From assembly GCA_976551045.1 (NCBI GenBank), contig CDPCPM010000074.1, positions 13,392,001 to 13,456,000 on the forward strand: 64,000 nt of DNA, in the 5' to 3' direction. The position numbers were made by a program, and so were the translations under genes. A model generated the notes under the pieces. That model ran no database searches. It saw nothing but the letters and a program-made list of their open reading frames with translations, and had not been told where the DNA came from. Positions within the stretch are counted from its first letter, which is position 1. Each line of letters opens with the position of its first letter. This document shows, one piece after another, positions 18,348 through 32,284 of this stretch. The stretch comes from Glaucostegus cemiculus (taxonomy: Eukaryota).

Positions 18348-21300
18348 TATATGCACTGTTTTCCTTTTGGAGAAGAAAAGGAGATGTGGTGGTAGACCCC
18401 AAAGCTGATGTGTCAGTGTTTTGTTTAAGGATATCTCTTGTTGCCATGTGGATGGCTTCTGATCTGACTGGAATAGAAGTACCATGGGTCTGGTCACATA
18501 CAAGATATTTTTAACTTGTAACTGACCATCTTATGGCAGTTAACCCTACTCAAATGGGTTTTTGGAGCAAGCTATTCATGATTCATTTTAAAGCAGTATG
18601 CCATCACTTGCTTTCCAATGTAAATTTTAGTGGAGATTTTAAAGTTTTTGATTTATGGATTACCAATCATTCAGTTACCTGATGTTTATCACTTAAGTCA
18701 AACATAAACAGCACCATCCTCTCCGGACTGGGGTTTGCATGCTTCCATCTTTTATTGTGTAGGAACATGTATACGTACAGAATACAGTGCTGTATTACAC
18801 TCAATTCTCACACAATCCAGCTCAACCAGCAGAAATAAATAAATTATTCACAGATCATTAAACACTAGAACTAAATGACAGTTTATTCTCATATCAAACC
18901 TGTCTTATGTGTCCACAGGACACAGACCCAATCAGTGTGGACTTTATAAATACCTGATATTTGTTACTTTATACACTCTTTTTCAGATACTCATTAGATC
19001 TACACTTTTGTTACATAGAAAGGACTCTGTATTGAAATTGCCCAGAAATGTCAGTTTAACTTGCATATAAATGACCTAGTTTCTGATCTCCAGTGGTTAA
19101 GAAATACAATGCACTGCTGCTTCCATGTTGCTGCTTCAATAAAACCTGTCACAGAACAGAAACCATTTGTAATTAAAGCACTTTTACAGTCCCTGATGAT
19201 TTGATAGATAATTAAGTTTTCATTGTTGGAGGGCCTTGTATTCACTGATGTTGTATTGTTAAAGCATCAGGCTGGGGTGAATTGATGGATCTCTTTGAAC
19301 AGAAGCTGTAGCCCTCTAATTGGTATTAGCAATTCTGGGGTTGAGCAGAGTAAATTATGTCAGAGTTATCACTTCTAGACCTGAATTTTAACTTGGGCCT
19401 TTCCTGTCAACCCCAGTTGACTGACTTAACTTCTGTAATCTGAATGATTAGGATTGCAATGCCCACTATCCAGTTTCCACTATTTAATAGTATGTCTTAA
19501 ATATGATATGATATGGCTAATATTGCTACGCTCCTATTGAGGGCTGTAAGGTCCTAAAGGGATGCTAATGGGAGGAAGGCATAGCTGGAAGTTGCTGTAG
19601 AAATGAGCAGCAGGAGTGTAGTCCCTTGCTTCTGCCTTCATCTGCAAAAAGGTTCACACATTCTGATTGCCATATTAGTCTAACTTGTGAATCTGTCCAC
19701 TCTTTAAAAAAAAATCATTCCTAACACCATAACTTACACATGTATCCTTACCTGGCTGTGCATTTCCTCACATTGCCAGCAATCCAGTCACCTCTAACAT
19801 TCATTATCAACTTCCTTCCCGCGTAAGACATTGTTAACAGATGTTTGCCATCCCTCATGTGGTCAACATGTGCCATTGTTCTCACTTGAGTCTCCTCCTT
19901 GCAGAACAGGATCCCCAGGACACACGGGTGAGGTAGAAAACTGAGCTGACCCTCTATCCTTGTGACACATTGGGGCCTGGAGATGACCAGCTTGGTAAAA
20001 CAGAACAGCAATGACATTATGTAGAAAGGTATAAGGTCCTGCACCACAGCCATTGACACAGGATAGTTATGGAGCTGCTGCAACATGTGATGTACTGGCA
20101 AGTAGCCCAGCAACAATGTACTCCTGCACAGAGACTGCAGAATTCAGTCATGAGTCTGAGTGGCACAACATTTCCAATATTAGTGTCAGCTCTGGGAACA
20201 GTGGCCACCTGCATGAAGCATCAATAGTGATGATGACATGAGGTGTTTGGAGATCTTCCTGTGCTATGAATGCCTGCTCTCTGAGCCTTGGTGCTTCATT
20301 GCCTGTTAGTCTGCATGCAATGCACACTTCTAATGGGGAAGTGCAGGAGGGTTGATGGGAGAAGAGGGTTCTGATTAAAATGCTTTCCATCTTGCCTGCA
20401 ACCCTCCTCAACATCCCACATGCTGCCTGTGTCCCCGCAGCTGAGTTGGTCCCTGCAGATGAAGTTGGAGCAGTTTATGATGGGTTCCTCACAGACACCA
20501 AAGAAACTGAATGCCTCGACAGTCTGCCTTCCCCTCAGCAGAAGCCCCAGCTGTTTCAGGAAAACAAAGGGTAACATTTTTTGGTATTTTTGTGGATGGT
20601 TTGCAGAAAGTTAGAGTAGTGTATTTCCTTAAGATCATTGTTAATGGAGGAAATGCCCAGATTTCACCTGCCTTATACACACCACACATCTACTAGGCCT
20701 GGTGCTAACATCCCTTCAGATTCTCCACAAAAGTTTGTAAAACTTGTCACAAATATGCTTAAGGCAGAGGTCTATTAGTTTACACGTGGAAGTATATATT
20801 AAAGTCAGACCTATGTGCTCACAGCTGCTCTGTTATTGCTGTGTTAATCAGGGAAGGGTGTCCTTAAAGTAACTCTTCCTCATGGCAGTTACAGACCAGC
20901 AATGAGGCAGAAAGAACAGTGATCACCTGTATACTTGGCAACATCCACTCAATGGTTGACCCTCTGAGTCTGCGAGATGTGAGGTGATCAAGGGGCCAGA
21001 GGTGGCAGTATGTAGTTCAGCATTGAGGCATATCATGGGTTTGCAATCATTGCCATCTTCACTTCATCAGTAATTTTCAGTAAATCTGAGTTAGTCCTAA
21101 ACTTAGAATATTTTTAATAAACAATTACTGTTTGGAAACTGCTGACCTACCTCTACTGAGAGGGCTTTCTACAACCACCTCACTCAATGAGTGCATTGCC
21201 ATCAAGTAAAAGGATTATGCCTCAGCTATGATGCCTGACCATGAAGAATAGCTTCCATAGGATTCCTGGGACATCTGTTTCTGGTAAGGTACAGGATAAC

Positions 21301-23030
21301 TGGCAGCCAGAATGGAAGAGAAACATTGCAAAAGTGTTTCAAAGAATATTGTGTTTTCAGGAGGTTTTTCTTCATTCGGGAAGGGTACAGCCAATAAAAG
21401 TTTAAACTTTAAAATGTCTTTAATGTTGCCATGCTTGCTTTGATTACACTTCTGAAGTGAAGAAATTCTTAGGTTAAAATCTTATCAAATGTAAATTGGC
21501 TAATTGGCTTTAAGGTGAAAAGAAATGTCCATTTTTTAGCTCTGGGATTCTAACTTTTTTAAAGTTTGTAATTTTGCTGTAGTGAATTACAAAAATATAA
21601 GGATAGCAGTATAATCATAAAATCAACTATTGACATCAAGTTAAATCAGCTTGGTTATGGCAGATAAATGCAAGGCTGTAGTTAATAACACCTTTGTTTA
21701 AGAAAGGCGGGGTAAGAGATATACCTGGTAACCACAAGTCTAACATTGTAGATTATATTACCTACAATCAACAAACTTGGAAAAGCATGGGTTAACAGAG
21801 CTTTGTTTAAATATTATGCTTGACCTTTTCAATGAATTAACAGAAGTTTGATGAAGGTATGAGATAATATTGTTCACGGGCTTTGCAAAAGGGCACTGAC
21901 AATGTGTGCAAAACGAGTTAAAAGACAAAGCAATGGTGCACATTTGCTTTTCTTTCTGGAGGAAAACTTTGGGTTCCTAAGATGTATATAAATGAAAAAG
22001 ACTTGGATAAATGGATCTCTGTAGCTGGTACAAAGCTTGTTACAAACTCTGGCTCCTTTTCATAATTATTTACTCTACTGAACAGATTGCAAACGCAAAT
22101 ATAGCATGCTTATATACAAAGTAAAACTACTTCAATTTGATCATACCCAAGACTTTTCCCAACATCAAAAGGACACTTGTGTACATTATGCTGCAATGTT
22201 CCCCGATAATGAACCTTGAATATCCTAAACTCAGAAAAATTGCTTATGTAGCCCTCTTCCCTATTTAAGGTGAGTTAGTAAGATTAACAAATGGTTAATA
22301 TTGTGGGTTGGACAAAGTCTTAGTAGGGGTAATGGATAATGCTAAATGAATCACACAACTGTAAATGTCTATGGTGGTGGTTCTGAAAGTGATTTACCTG
22401 TATCTTACATTCTGCTTTTTGTCACATATTCTACATGTATAATCCCTAATCACTATTGAGTATGTCAGCGTGCCACTGAAAGAATGTACCTAGCACTATA
22501 AGAGTATGCAAAGGCACTGCGAAAATCACCAGCAAAGCCTCACTGTGAGATCAGGTAGGGGTGAATCTGGTGGAGTAACCCAAAAGGAATTGAAAGAGTG
22601 GTACAGTCTCTTCCAGACTTATTCTGGATTTAAGAATTATGAAAGGACAATGGTGTTATGCATTCAGTTAATGAATGTGGAAAAGAATAAATAACTCAAC
22701 TGAATTGCAGTGGCTCTTATTTAAGCTTTTCATTAAGCATTCTCATTTAGCAAATAAAACATCTAAATTACAGTTTTCACCTCACCCACTGCTCCCTTGG
22801 TGAAGTATTCTTTTATAATGATTACGCTATCAATTTGACAGTAAAAAAAATTTCAATCCTATTTCTCTGGAAATGCTTCAAAATTATTAAAAAGGTGTGA
22901 TGAGACAATGTAAATGTGTATTTTTTTTAAATATTTTGGTAGAATTAAATTTACAGGGTCTGGGTGAAAATTAACCACTAGTTTCAAAGAGTGGACAGCT
23001 ATTTAATTACTTTTTTAATATATTAATTGT

Positions 23031-24317
23031 TTTATTTAACAAATGTATTTCTTATTCTTGTCTGTCGGTGTTTCCAAACTTGAAACATGACTAAATTCTG
23101 CCTTTTAGAATTTTAATGCACCAGCCTAATAAAAATGAATGTAAGCTGTTTTTTTAAATGTGCAGCTCTCTTAGAATTTCTCTAACCACATTCCTATCTA
23201 CAGCTGCTAATGTCACTGATTTATTCCAATTCAGCCCCAGCTGCTGTATTGAATGTTACTGATTGCTCTTGTGACTTTTTTTTAAAACATGCTGACATTT
23301 TTGTTACAACATAAAAAAAATTGTTTAGCTCACACAGGCGGGTTACCTAGAACTGGGTGTGTAATACCAGCTGTATAATCAAGACATCAATTTTCAGATT
23401 GGATCACTGGTTTGCTTTAGTGATCCTCAGGAATACTTTGAGAATTTTCCTTTAATCTGTTTATTAATGTATTGTTTAGTAATGGTCATGAGGTGAATAC
23501 TTGAGGTGTTAAATACTTAAGGATATTTTGACCCTTTGTTTCAATATCCTCAGTTTTCATTTAGTTACATTCATTGTAAGTGGGAGCCTTACAAGCAGCA
23601 GTGCATTCACTCCCTTGACCAATTTCCAGGAGGGTAAGAAAATATCAACAGCAGAAATGGGTCTTCTGTTACTAATTACAAACATTTTTCTATACAATAA
23701 TGGATTCTTTGAATTAAAATTGGTAGCTTTTAAGTGTACTTTAAAAGCTGCTGTAGTGTTGAAGATAGTACACAGTCTGTTTGGGACATACTTTAAAAGA
23801 GGCAACAAGCCAAAATACTTTTGACAATTGTGTAAAAATATAATATTTCACATTTGTCCAATACTAACAGCAAAAAGCAAAATCCTGAACTCTTTAAAAC
23901 ATTACTCAAGGGAACACTGAAAGATAATTTTGGACAGAGGTACAAATATATTAAAAGCCCATATGCTCAAAGGAAAATCTCTTGATTTTTGCATACCTGT
24001 TCAATAAGAGGCATAAACAGTAGGCCTGGATCAGTTTTGGAAGAGCTTCCTCACATCAAACTCCATGGAGTATAACTTTATAAGGAACAATGCACTGAAA
24101 GTGCATCACTATCATTAACTTCAACAGCAAGACCTACTGGAGATTGAAAAGCAACTCTGTTTGCTTATTGTTATATGGTAACAAGCGTGCTCAAAGCACA
24201 AATGGTGACTTTGATCAAAACTAAGCATAATATTCAGCAGTTACAGCTGAGCTTCAGAGATGGCATGAGTAATATCAAAGTGGCCCACATATTTTCTTTC
24301 ATTCTGATATTTCTCCA
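23031..24317 (-). other. MTUS2: Putative MTUS2 3' UTR (end uncertain)
   Basis: Lies downstream of the TGA. Minus-strand AATAAA at 23460-23465, 23220-23225 and 23031-23036. Confidence 0.4.
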
Positions 24318-24525
24318 TCATCTTGGGTTAGCACTCACTGCTGGAGGTGGGAGGGTGCCCTGAGAAGACTGGAAGTTTGAAGAGGAAGATATTTTGATTG
24401 GACTAACAGGCTCACCAGTCTGGAGCCTCCAAACCAGCTCCTCGTTGGTTCTGCTGAGCCTTTTCTTTTCCTTACTTTCCTTCTCAACATATTCATGAAG
24501 CGTTGCATTTTCCTCAGAGAGCTGT
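24318..24525 (-). CDS. MTUS2: MTUS2 last coding exon
   Basis: Acceptor ttgcag|A. Translates (R)[68 protein letters not shown]. Stop TGA at 24320-24318. Confidence 0.95.
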
Positions 24526-24775
24526 CTGCAAGAACAAGCAAAAGGTATTTTCCTTCTAAATTATCTGAAAATCATGTGTAAAGAGAATTAAATTAGGTCA
24601 TTAACTGGAACCATTTTTACTGCCAAGGTGCTTTTAGCTGTCCTTTCTCTGGTAAACTGAATTTGAAAATACTTTCATCAGAAGATAAAGGGCATTTCCT
24701 CTTGGGCTTGGCTCAGTGATAGCCCAAGCTTCTGAACTAGTAAGACTGCATGAAAGACCACATACTGTAGAAAAT

Positions 24776-26580
24776 AATAATAGAACATTACAGCAAAGTA
24801 CAGGCTCTTTGGCCCACAATGTTGTGCCAACCTTTTAACCTACTCTAAGATCACTCTAACCCTTCCCTCCCACATGCCCCTCTATCTTTCTATCATTCCT
24901 GTGCCTATCTAAGTGTCTCTTAAATGTCCCTAATGCATCTGCCTCTACCAGCACCTCTAGCAGTGTGTTCCATGCACCCACCACTCTGTAAAAAAAAACT
25001 TACCTCTGATACCCCCATGTACTTTCCTCCAGTCACCTTAAAATGATGTCCCCTCATGTTAGCCATTTCCATCCTGGGAAAAAGTCTCTGGCTATCCACT
25101 CGATCTATGCCTCTTATCATCTTGTACACCTCCATCAGGTCACCTCTCATCCTCCTTCGATCTAAAGAGAAATGCCCTAGCTCACTCAACCTATCCTCAT
25201 AAGATGTGCTCTCCAATCCAGGTAGCATCCTGGTAAATCTCCTCTGTGCCCTTTCTAAAGCTTCCACATCCTTCCTATAGTGAGGTGACCAGAACTGAAC
25301 ACAATATTCTAAGTGTTTTAAGCCAACACATCATACGCTTTCTTAACAACCCTATCAACTTGTGCAGCAACTTTGATGGATCTATGGACTTGGATCCCAA
25401 GATGCCTCTGTTCCACCACACTGCTAAGAATCCTGCCATTAATCCTGTATTCTGCTTTCAAATTCAACCTTCCAAAGTGTCGTACTTTTCTGGGTTGAAC
25501 TCCATCTGCCACTCCTCAGCCTAGCTTTGCATCCTATCAATGTCCCATTGTAACCCTTGACAACTCCTGTGGCTTTTTCTTCTTCTCTTTCCTACCCTCT
25601 CTTTTTTCTACCCCCTTTTTTTCTCTCCTTACCTTTGACCCATCCCCCAGTGGATTTGCTCTCCCCTCCTCCCCCAGACCTGCCTATCACTATCTCTTAC
25701 CTGCATCTCCCTATCACCACCCTGTGCCCACTTCGCCTCCCCTCTTTTGTCCACCAATCACTGCTTTGCTTTTCCCTCCTATATATTGGGCTTCCCCTTT
25801 TCCTATCTTGGGTCCTGACCCGAAACATTGCCTGCTTTTCTCTGCAGATGCTGCCTGGCCTGCTGAGTTCCTCCAGCATTATAGTGTTTTCCTAAATCCT
25901 ACTTGCCAAGGCCTTCTCATGACCCCCTTCTAGCTCTCCTAAGCTCCTTCCTGGCTACCTTGTAACTCTCTAGAGCCCTGTCTGATACTTGCTTCCTAAA
26001 CCTTAAGCTTCTTTCTTTCTCTTCACTAGATATTCTACATCCCTTGTCAACCGCGGTTCCTTCACCCTACCATCCTTTTCCTCCTTCAATGGGACAAATC
26101 TATCCAGAACCCCATGCAAGTACTCCCTAAACAACCTCCACATTTCTAGTGTGCTTTTCCCTGAGTGCATCTGCTCCCAATTTACATTCCCAAATTCCTG
26201 CCTAATAGCATCATAATTTCTCCTCCCCCAATTAAATACTTTCCCATACAGTCTGCTCCTATCCCTCTGCAAGGTAAGGGTAAAGATCAGGGTGTTGTGG
26301 TTACTGTCTCTGAAATGCTCACCCACTGAGAGATCTGACATCTGACCAGGTCATTGCCTAGTACCAGATCCAGAATGGCCTCTCTAGTCAGCCTGTCCAC
26401 ATACTGTGTCAGGAATCCTTCCTGAACACATTGAACAAATTCTGTCCCATCCAAACCTTTTGCACTAAGGAGGTGCCAATCAATATTAGGGAAGTTGCAA
26501 TCAGCTATGACATCAACCCTGTTATTTTTGCACCTCTCCAAAAGCTGCCTCCCAACCTGTTCCTCAGTGTCTCTGTTGCT

Positions 26581-26612
<32 letters not shown>

Positions 26613-27790
26613 TGGGTCTATAGCAATAGAGTGATTGCTCCCTTCCTGTTTCTGAATTCCATCCACACTGACTCAGTAGACAATCCCTCCAGGACATCTT
26701 CCCATTCTGCAGGTGTGATACACTCCCTGATTAGCAAAGCCACTCCCCCACCTCTTTTACCTCCCTCCCTGTCCCTTTGGAAACATTTAAACCCCAGAAC
26801 ATTCTGCAGCCATTTCTGCCCTTGTGACAGACAAGTCTCTGCAATGGCCACAACATCATAGTTCCATGTACTGACCCATGCTCTAAGTTCATTACCCTTG
26901 TTCCTGATACATCTTGCATTAAAATAGACACATTTCAACCCAAACAACTGACTGCAATTTTGCCCTTTCAACTGCCTATCCTTCCTCACTGTCTCTCTAC
27001 ACATTGCATCAACCTGTACACCAAATGCCCCATCCTCTGACCTATCACTCTGGCTCCCACCCCCCCTGCCAAACTAGTTTAAATCCTCCCCAACATCTCT
27101 AGCAAACCTGCCTGCAAGAATATTGATTCCCCTCCAGTTCAGGTGTAACCCGTCCCTTTTGTACAGGTCGTACCTTCCCCAGAAGAGATCCTGATGATTC
27201 ACAAATCTGAAACCCTGCCCCCTGCACCAATTATTCAGCTACACACTCATTTGCCAAATCAACCTATTCTTACCATCACTGGTGCGTGTCACAGAGATTA
27301 CTACCTTTGAGGTCCTGCTTTTCAGCTTTTAGTTCCCCATATTCACTTTTCAGGACCTCATTCTTCTTCCTATCTATTTTGTTGGTACCAATATATACCA
27401 CGACTTCTGCCTGTTCACCCTCCCCCTTTAGAATGCTGTGGACCTGATCTGAGATGTCCCTGATCCTAGCACCTGGGAGGCAACATACCATCCAGGAGTC
27501 TCTTTCACATCCACAGAATCTAATGTCTACTCCCCTAACTATAGGGTCCCCTATCACTATGGCTCTCTTCTTCTCCCCACTTCCCTTCTGAGCCACGGAG
27601 CCAGATACAGTGCCAGCGATCAGACCGCTGTGGCTTTCCCCTGTTGTCATTTCTGCAACCCCAACTGTACCCCTGTTATTGAGGGGAACGGCCACAGGGG
27701 TACTCTGCACTACCTGCCTATTCCCTCCCCCTCCTGACAGTCACCCAGCTTCCTGCCCCCTGCAACTTCGGTGAGGCTACCCGCCTGAAG
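24776..27790 (-). mobile_element. CR1 LINE with ORF1 (SGNH esterase), endonuclease and 3' end; RT core deleted
   Basis: ORF1 reads 'AIVIGDPIVRG..CCLPGARIRD..VVVYIGTN'. Endonuclease reads 'CVYFNARCIRNK..VAIAET', 'GGGVALL' and 'LDLVLGN'. 3' ORF 24920-25267 is followed by the CR1 tail at ~24776-24815. Confidence 0.93.
25560..25885 (+). mobile_element. Penelope-like terminal fragment inserted in the CR1
   Basis: Pyrimidine-rich run, then GGGTCCTGACCCGAAAC...CAGATGCTGCCTGGCCTGCTGAGTTCCTCCAGCATT. The motif is shared with 33610-33780, 36130-36390 and 40545-40645. Confidence 0.7.
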
Positions 27791-28077
27791 CATTTATACC
27801 TCCCTGTGCAAAAAGAAAAAGATTTTCAAAATTAATTACTGTCAAGATTCCACACACTCTTAATGGGAGGTAGTTCTCTTAAGCATCCCATTCAGGCAAA
27901 TTATGGATATGACCTTCTGTTCCTTGAGATAAATAGAAAGTTTACACACTTAAAATTTCCTATGAAAGTACTAAGAACTTGAAATTAATTTTCCTTTTAC
28001 TGAATGTTCTGCCAGTTACCTTTAGGATTTGTATGAATTCTTCTTATTAAGGTGTGTCCATTTGACCACTAACTAAC

Positions 28078-28175
28078 CTTGTTAAGGCAGCATTATTATC
28101 AATCCTAACTTTCAGATCTTCATTCTGTTGTTGAAGTACTTGAACCTTTTCTTCCAATACCACATTCTTCTCAGC
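28078..28175 (-). CDS. MTUS2: MTUS2 coding exon (98 bp)
   Basis: tgcag|GCT...ACAAG|gttag; [33 protein letters not shown]. Confidence 0.95.
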
Positions 28176-28662
28176 CTGCACAGATGACATAAAAATAACT
28201 TTGTTTCAAGAAAATAGATGCACCATTGTGAATATTTGTTAAGCGTGATGGCTGCCAAAGTCTTACAGTTAAACAATATTACAAAGAGACAAATGTTCTG
28301 ACTCTTAATATGTGATGGAAAGTGTTCAGAACACTGCCTTGGTAAATATACTGAGTATGTAGATATGGAGGATTCACTTTGAAAATTTCACTGCCTGGTA
28401 CCTCATCTTGGGAAATTGTGTGCGATTGGCATGGTTTTCTATCCATTATGTTGGTAAATCACGGAAACTGCCAGTAAGTTTCCAATATTGATCCTCTGCA
28501 CTGGGAGGTCACACTTAAAGTAAGCAGCGTGAGACCAAATCCATACTGCCATTACATGTTCCAGGTTTAGTTCAATAATATAAATTCTCTAAATGCTCTG
28601 TTGAAAGTAATAAAACCTTTGGTCTCCTACCTCTACTTCTGTTTTTGTTTACTCCCTTTTTC

Positions 28663-28835
28663 NNNNNNNNNNNNNNNNNNNNNNNNNNNNNNNNNNNNNN
28701 NNNNNNNNNNNNNNNNNNNNNNNNNNNNNNNNNNNNNNNNNNNNNNNNNNNNNNNNNNNNNNNNNNNNNNNNNNNNNNNNNNNNNNNNNNNNNNNNNNNN
28801 NNNNNNNNNNNNNNNNNNNNNNNNNNNNNNNNNNN
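28663..28835. other. Assembly gap (173 N) inside an MTUS2 intron
   Basis: Run of N. The flanking exons join in phase, so no coding exon needs to be hidden in the gap. Confidence 0.99.
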
Positions 28836-29959
28836 AGTATCTCCTCTGTATATGTAAGAGAAAAGTAGATTTTCAAGGTTTTCATGACTAATATATTGCT
28901 GTTTAGAAGCAATAGGGAGAAGTACTATGTACTTTTCAGCCTTATTTTTTATCAGTTTAGATACTCAAAGATGGACTGGGACAGGGCAGAAGATCTCTGT
29001 CATAAGGGAAGTCAGGGGTATCCAATTGGCATTAGCAGTATTGTTGTTTGAGAGCTATGGGTGTTCATTGGAGGTCATATAGATAAAGGCCTATCATTTG
29101 GAGCTCAACATTTCAATTCATGGCCCTTCTTAACCTTGCAGGAAGGACACCATTCCCCACCCCCACCAAAAATATTTAAATAGATCATCAAGTCCTTAAA
29201 GGTTAATTGCTAACTGATGTACACTGGCTGTTGCTATAACCTCACAAATAGTTGGTATCACTCAAGCTGCAAACCACCACAGGGAGTGAGATGGCAGACA
29301 ATGAAGTACTTCATCCTGATTTTAGCTTCTTCAGAAACAAGTCACTTGTACATAAGGCTGCAGTCACAGTAGCTTGAGCTACTGCAAGAGTAAAGACAAG
29401 CCAATGGAGGCTGATTCTGCCCAAACCTCAACAAGGAACAATGTGCAAGACATTTGTACTTAAATAAGGACAAGCTCACTGCATTCTGGTATCTTTTGCA
29501 TGCATAACTGAACCCTCAGAGCACAGCAAGAATTAGAGCAAGCATGGCACTGGCTCCCTTCAGTTCAGTGCTATCTCTCAACGCTGTTGTGTCATGGAAG
29601 TCATTGAGTCGGTCTTTTCAAAGGTAGCTAACTTTGTCCTCTCTTTCTAGAGACATTAGGTGGAGACGACACATGGCATTCCTGGAATTGCAGGCTTTCT
29701 CATTATGTTGGGGAGCAATGACTCCATCACTTTGGGGACAGTCAACTTAGTCACATGTTGGAATTGAAAAGGATCTCTCCCTCAGAGAAAGAGAAAGAAT
29801 AAGAGGGAGAAGGAAAATAAGTGGGGGACAAAACCTAGGTAACTCCACAGACAAACTGAAAGAAGCTCCTCTTCCTTGGATAAAGTAGAAGGAAGGAGGG
29901 AGGGAGGGAGGGAGGGATAGTATCACTGACACATACAAAATACAGCATTTTGCAGCTTT

Positions 29960-30960
29960 TATTAGTTGGGAGTCATTAGATTGTCTGAGAAAAGTTCTCT
30001 TTGTAGAGTCCCTGAGACCTTCGACATTAACTTTCTTGCAGCAATGTTGCTGTCATTGTTTTGGGACCTGGCTGATGGAGATAACGGAGGATTTTTGGTG
30101 CTCGGTCCAACGGTGCTTGATACCTATCCTGGCACAGGCAATGTAGATATCCTTGCGATCAATTGGACAATAGAACAACCCGACAGATGTCATTTTCTGG
30201 ATCCGAAGGTGCTGCCATAAGATTTTGTCCCTCTGGCAAAAGAGTATTGGGAATAAGACAATGCTCCAAGCATTTTGTCAGGAGAAAATTTCAACTGGAG
30301 TTAGCTCTTTCTGTCAATCATGCCTTGCAAGAAGATGATGTTGTTTCCAGCCTTGGCATTGAAGTCACCTAGGAGGGCCAGCTTATCTCCATCCGAGATA
30401 TGGGCCAGGGTTTTCTCAAGGATCAGAAATCCTCCTTGGCTGCATCCACAGCCACAGGGCTTGGGGCTGATGCTCTGATGATTGTAGCATGCTGGATCCA
30501 CATTGGAGTGAGTCAGAGTCGAGAGAAGTTCACTGATTATGACGAGATGCCAGACTTGTTTGCTCAACAGCAGAACCCATCCTGTGAACATGGAGTTCTT
30601 CTTCTGGTTTCCTTCCAGAAAGAGGCTCACCCCCTGCTGTGTTCTTTGAGCTGCCCACCTCCTTCTGTTGTGTAGAACCCTTGCTGGCGATGTCAGTGTA
30701 AAAGTGTCTGAGTACCTGGGCTGTGTTCAGTTCTGTCAATGTTGAGCTGTCCAGGAGGGTCCTGACGCTCCATATCTTGAACTTCACATTGAACAGTGGA
30801 AGTTGCCTGTCTGTGACTTCCTTTAACATGGTTATCCATTCACACTAGCTACGGCTTGGGCCTAATAAAGCAGGGGCTTGGTCCAGTGGCAAGGTGATCC
30901 AAGGTGACAGGAGATCAGGCTGCAATGTCATGAATGGGCACACAGAGATGGGCATGAGAC
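29960..30960 (-). mobile_element. RTE-clade LINE relic (5' UTR and AP-endonuclease only)
   Basis: Fragments read 'FKIWSVRTLLDS', 'DKLALLGDFNAKAG' and an SYGSTFG/WQH-like segment with frameshifts. No RT domain is seen downstream. Confidence 0.75.
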
Positions 30961-32164
30961 AAGGTGCCTGTCAGCACACATACAGGAGGGCACAGGCACA
31001 GATGCTCTTGCCTGTTGCCTCTGTGCGTCTCCCCACCCATCACCTGGAAGAAGAGGCAGGAGTGTAGCTGGAGGTGGGAGATGGTGTGGGGATAGGAGTG
31101 GGTGGCAGGAAGTCAGCTACAGTCAGAGCAAGGATTGGGGAGGGTAGCATATGCACCACTCCGAGCCATTGCCATCAGTAGGCCCACACCCACTGGGGAG
31201 GGAACTCCACTGAGCGATGAACATGGGGGAGGACTTGGAGCAATGCAGGTGGAGAGTAACAAAGGGTTACAGGATAAAGGAAGATGTGCAGGGAGGGAGG
31301 GGTTGTAGTGCAGGGATGGATGGGTCAAGCAGTAGGTCCACAGAGAGCTGTAGCACACAAACAGGACTTTAGGCCTACCGAGTTTATGCCGACAATCAAT
31401 CACCCATTTACGTTAATCCTACACTAATTCTATTTTATTCTCCCCACATTCACATCAGCTCTCCCCAGATTCCATCAGTCACCTACACATTAGGGGTAAT
31501 TTAGTGGCCAATTAACTTACCAACCCAGGTTGTCAATGTTAGATGGAGGTGGATCTGAGGAAAGGTGGGAGAAGCTTTTGTGGGGGGAGCACTGAAGGAG
31601 AAATGTTTCAGAGGTAGTGAGAACTGAGAGTGACAGATTGCACTGTGACCTAGACTAATAGTGCAGTCAGTGGGATGTCTAATTTCATTCAGCAATACTC
31701 TAAGCAAATGTTACCATGGGAATGACACCATTAGATAAGATAGGATCATCCCTTATCAAAATAAAGCTGACTGCACATTGCTTTTATCAGTAGGAACTGC
31801 TCAGCTGAATTTCCTAGATTTGTGTAACTCAAACTAGAGAAACATCAATTTGGAGCCATGCAATTGAAACTATAGATAGTTAAATCTTAAAGGATTTTAC
31901 CTTTTAATCTAAAGGCACAGCACAGACTAATTTTGCATATTCTGTACAACTTCAATAGAATGCTTCAATTTTAAACTTGTCAGATTTTAGTGAAATCTGA
32001 GCCTTAGGACACTATTCTAAGGACACTATGCTGAGCCTTAGGACACAGTTATGTTGTTGCTCTAACATGACACTTCCATCAAAACCACACAGATTTAGCA
32101 AATTGACAAATCTGAATTTCAACCATGCAAGTTTTAATGAATAGAGATCTAATTTTTTTCTAAC

Positions 32165-32284
32165 CAGTTTTTCCAGTTGCATAATTTTCTTTTCTTGGTG
32201 ATGGATTTGTTGATTTTTCATTTCAAGAACATGTTTTAAACTATTCATATCTTCCTCTAAGTGCTGGTAAGGTGCCAAAGCAAT
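32165..32284 (-). CDS. MTUS2: MTUS2 coding exon (120 bp)
   Basis: tcacag|ATT...CTG|gttag; [40 protein letters not shown]. Confidence 0.96.

Noticed and set aside
28601-28912. ORFs containing X runs
   Set aside because: Artefacts of the N gap.
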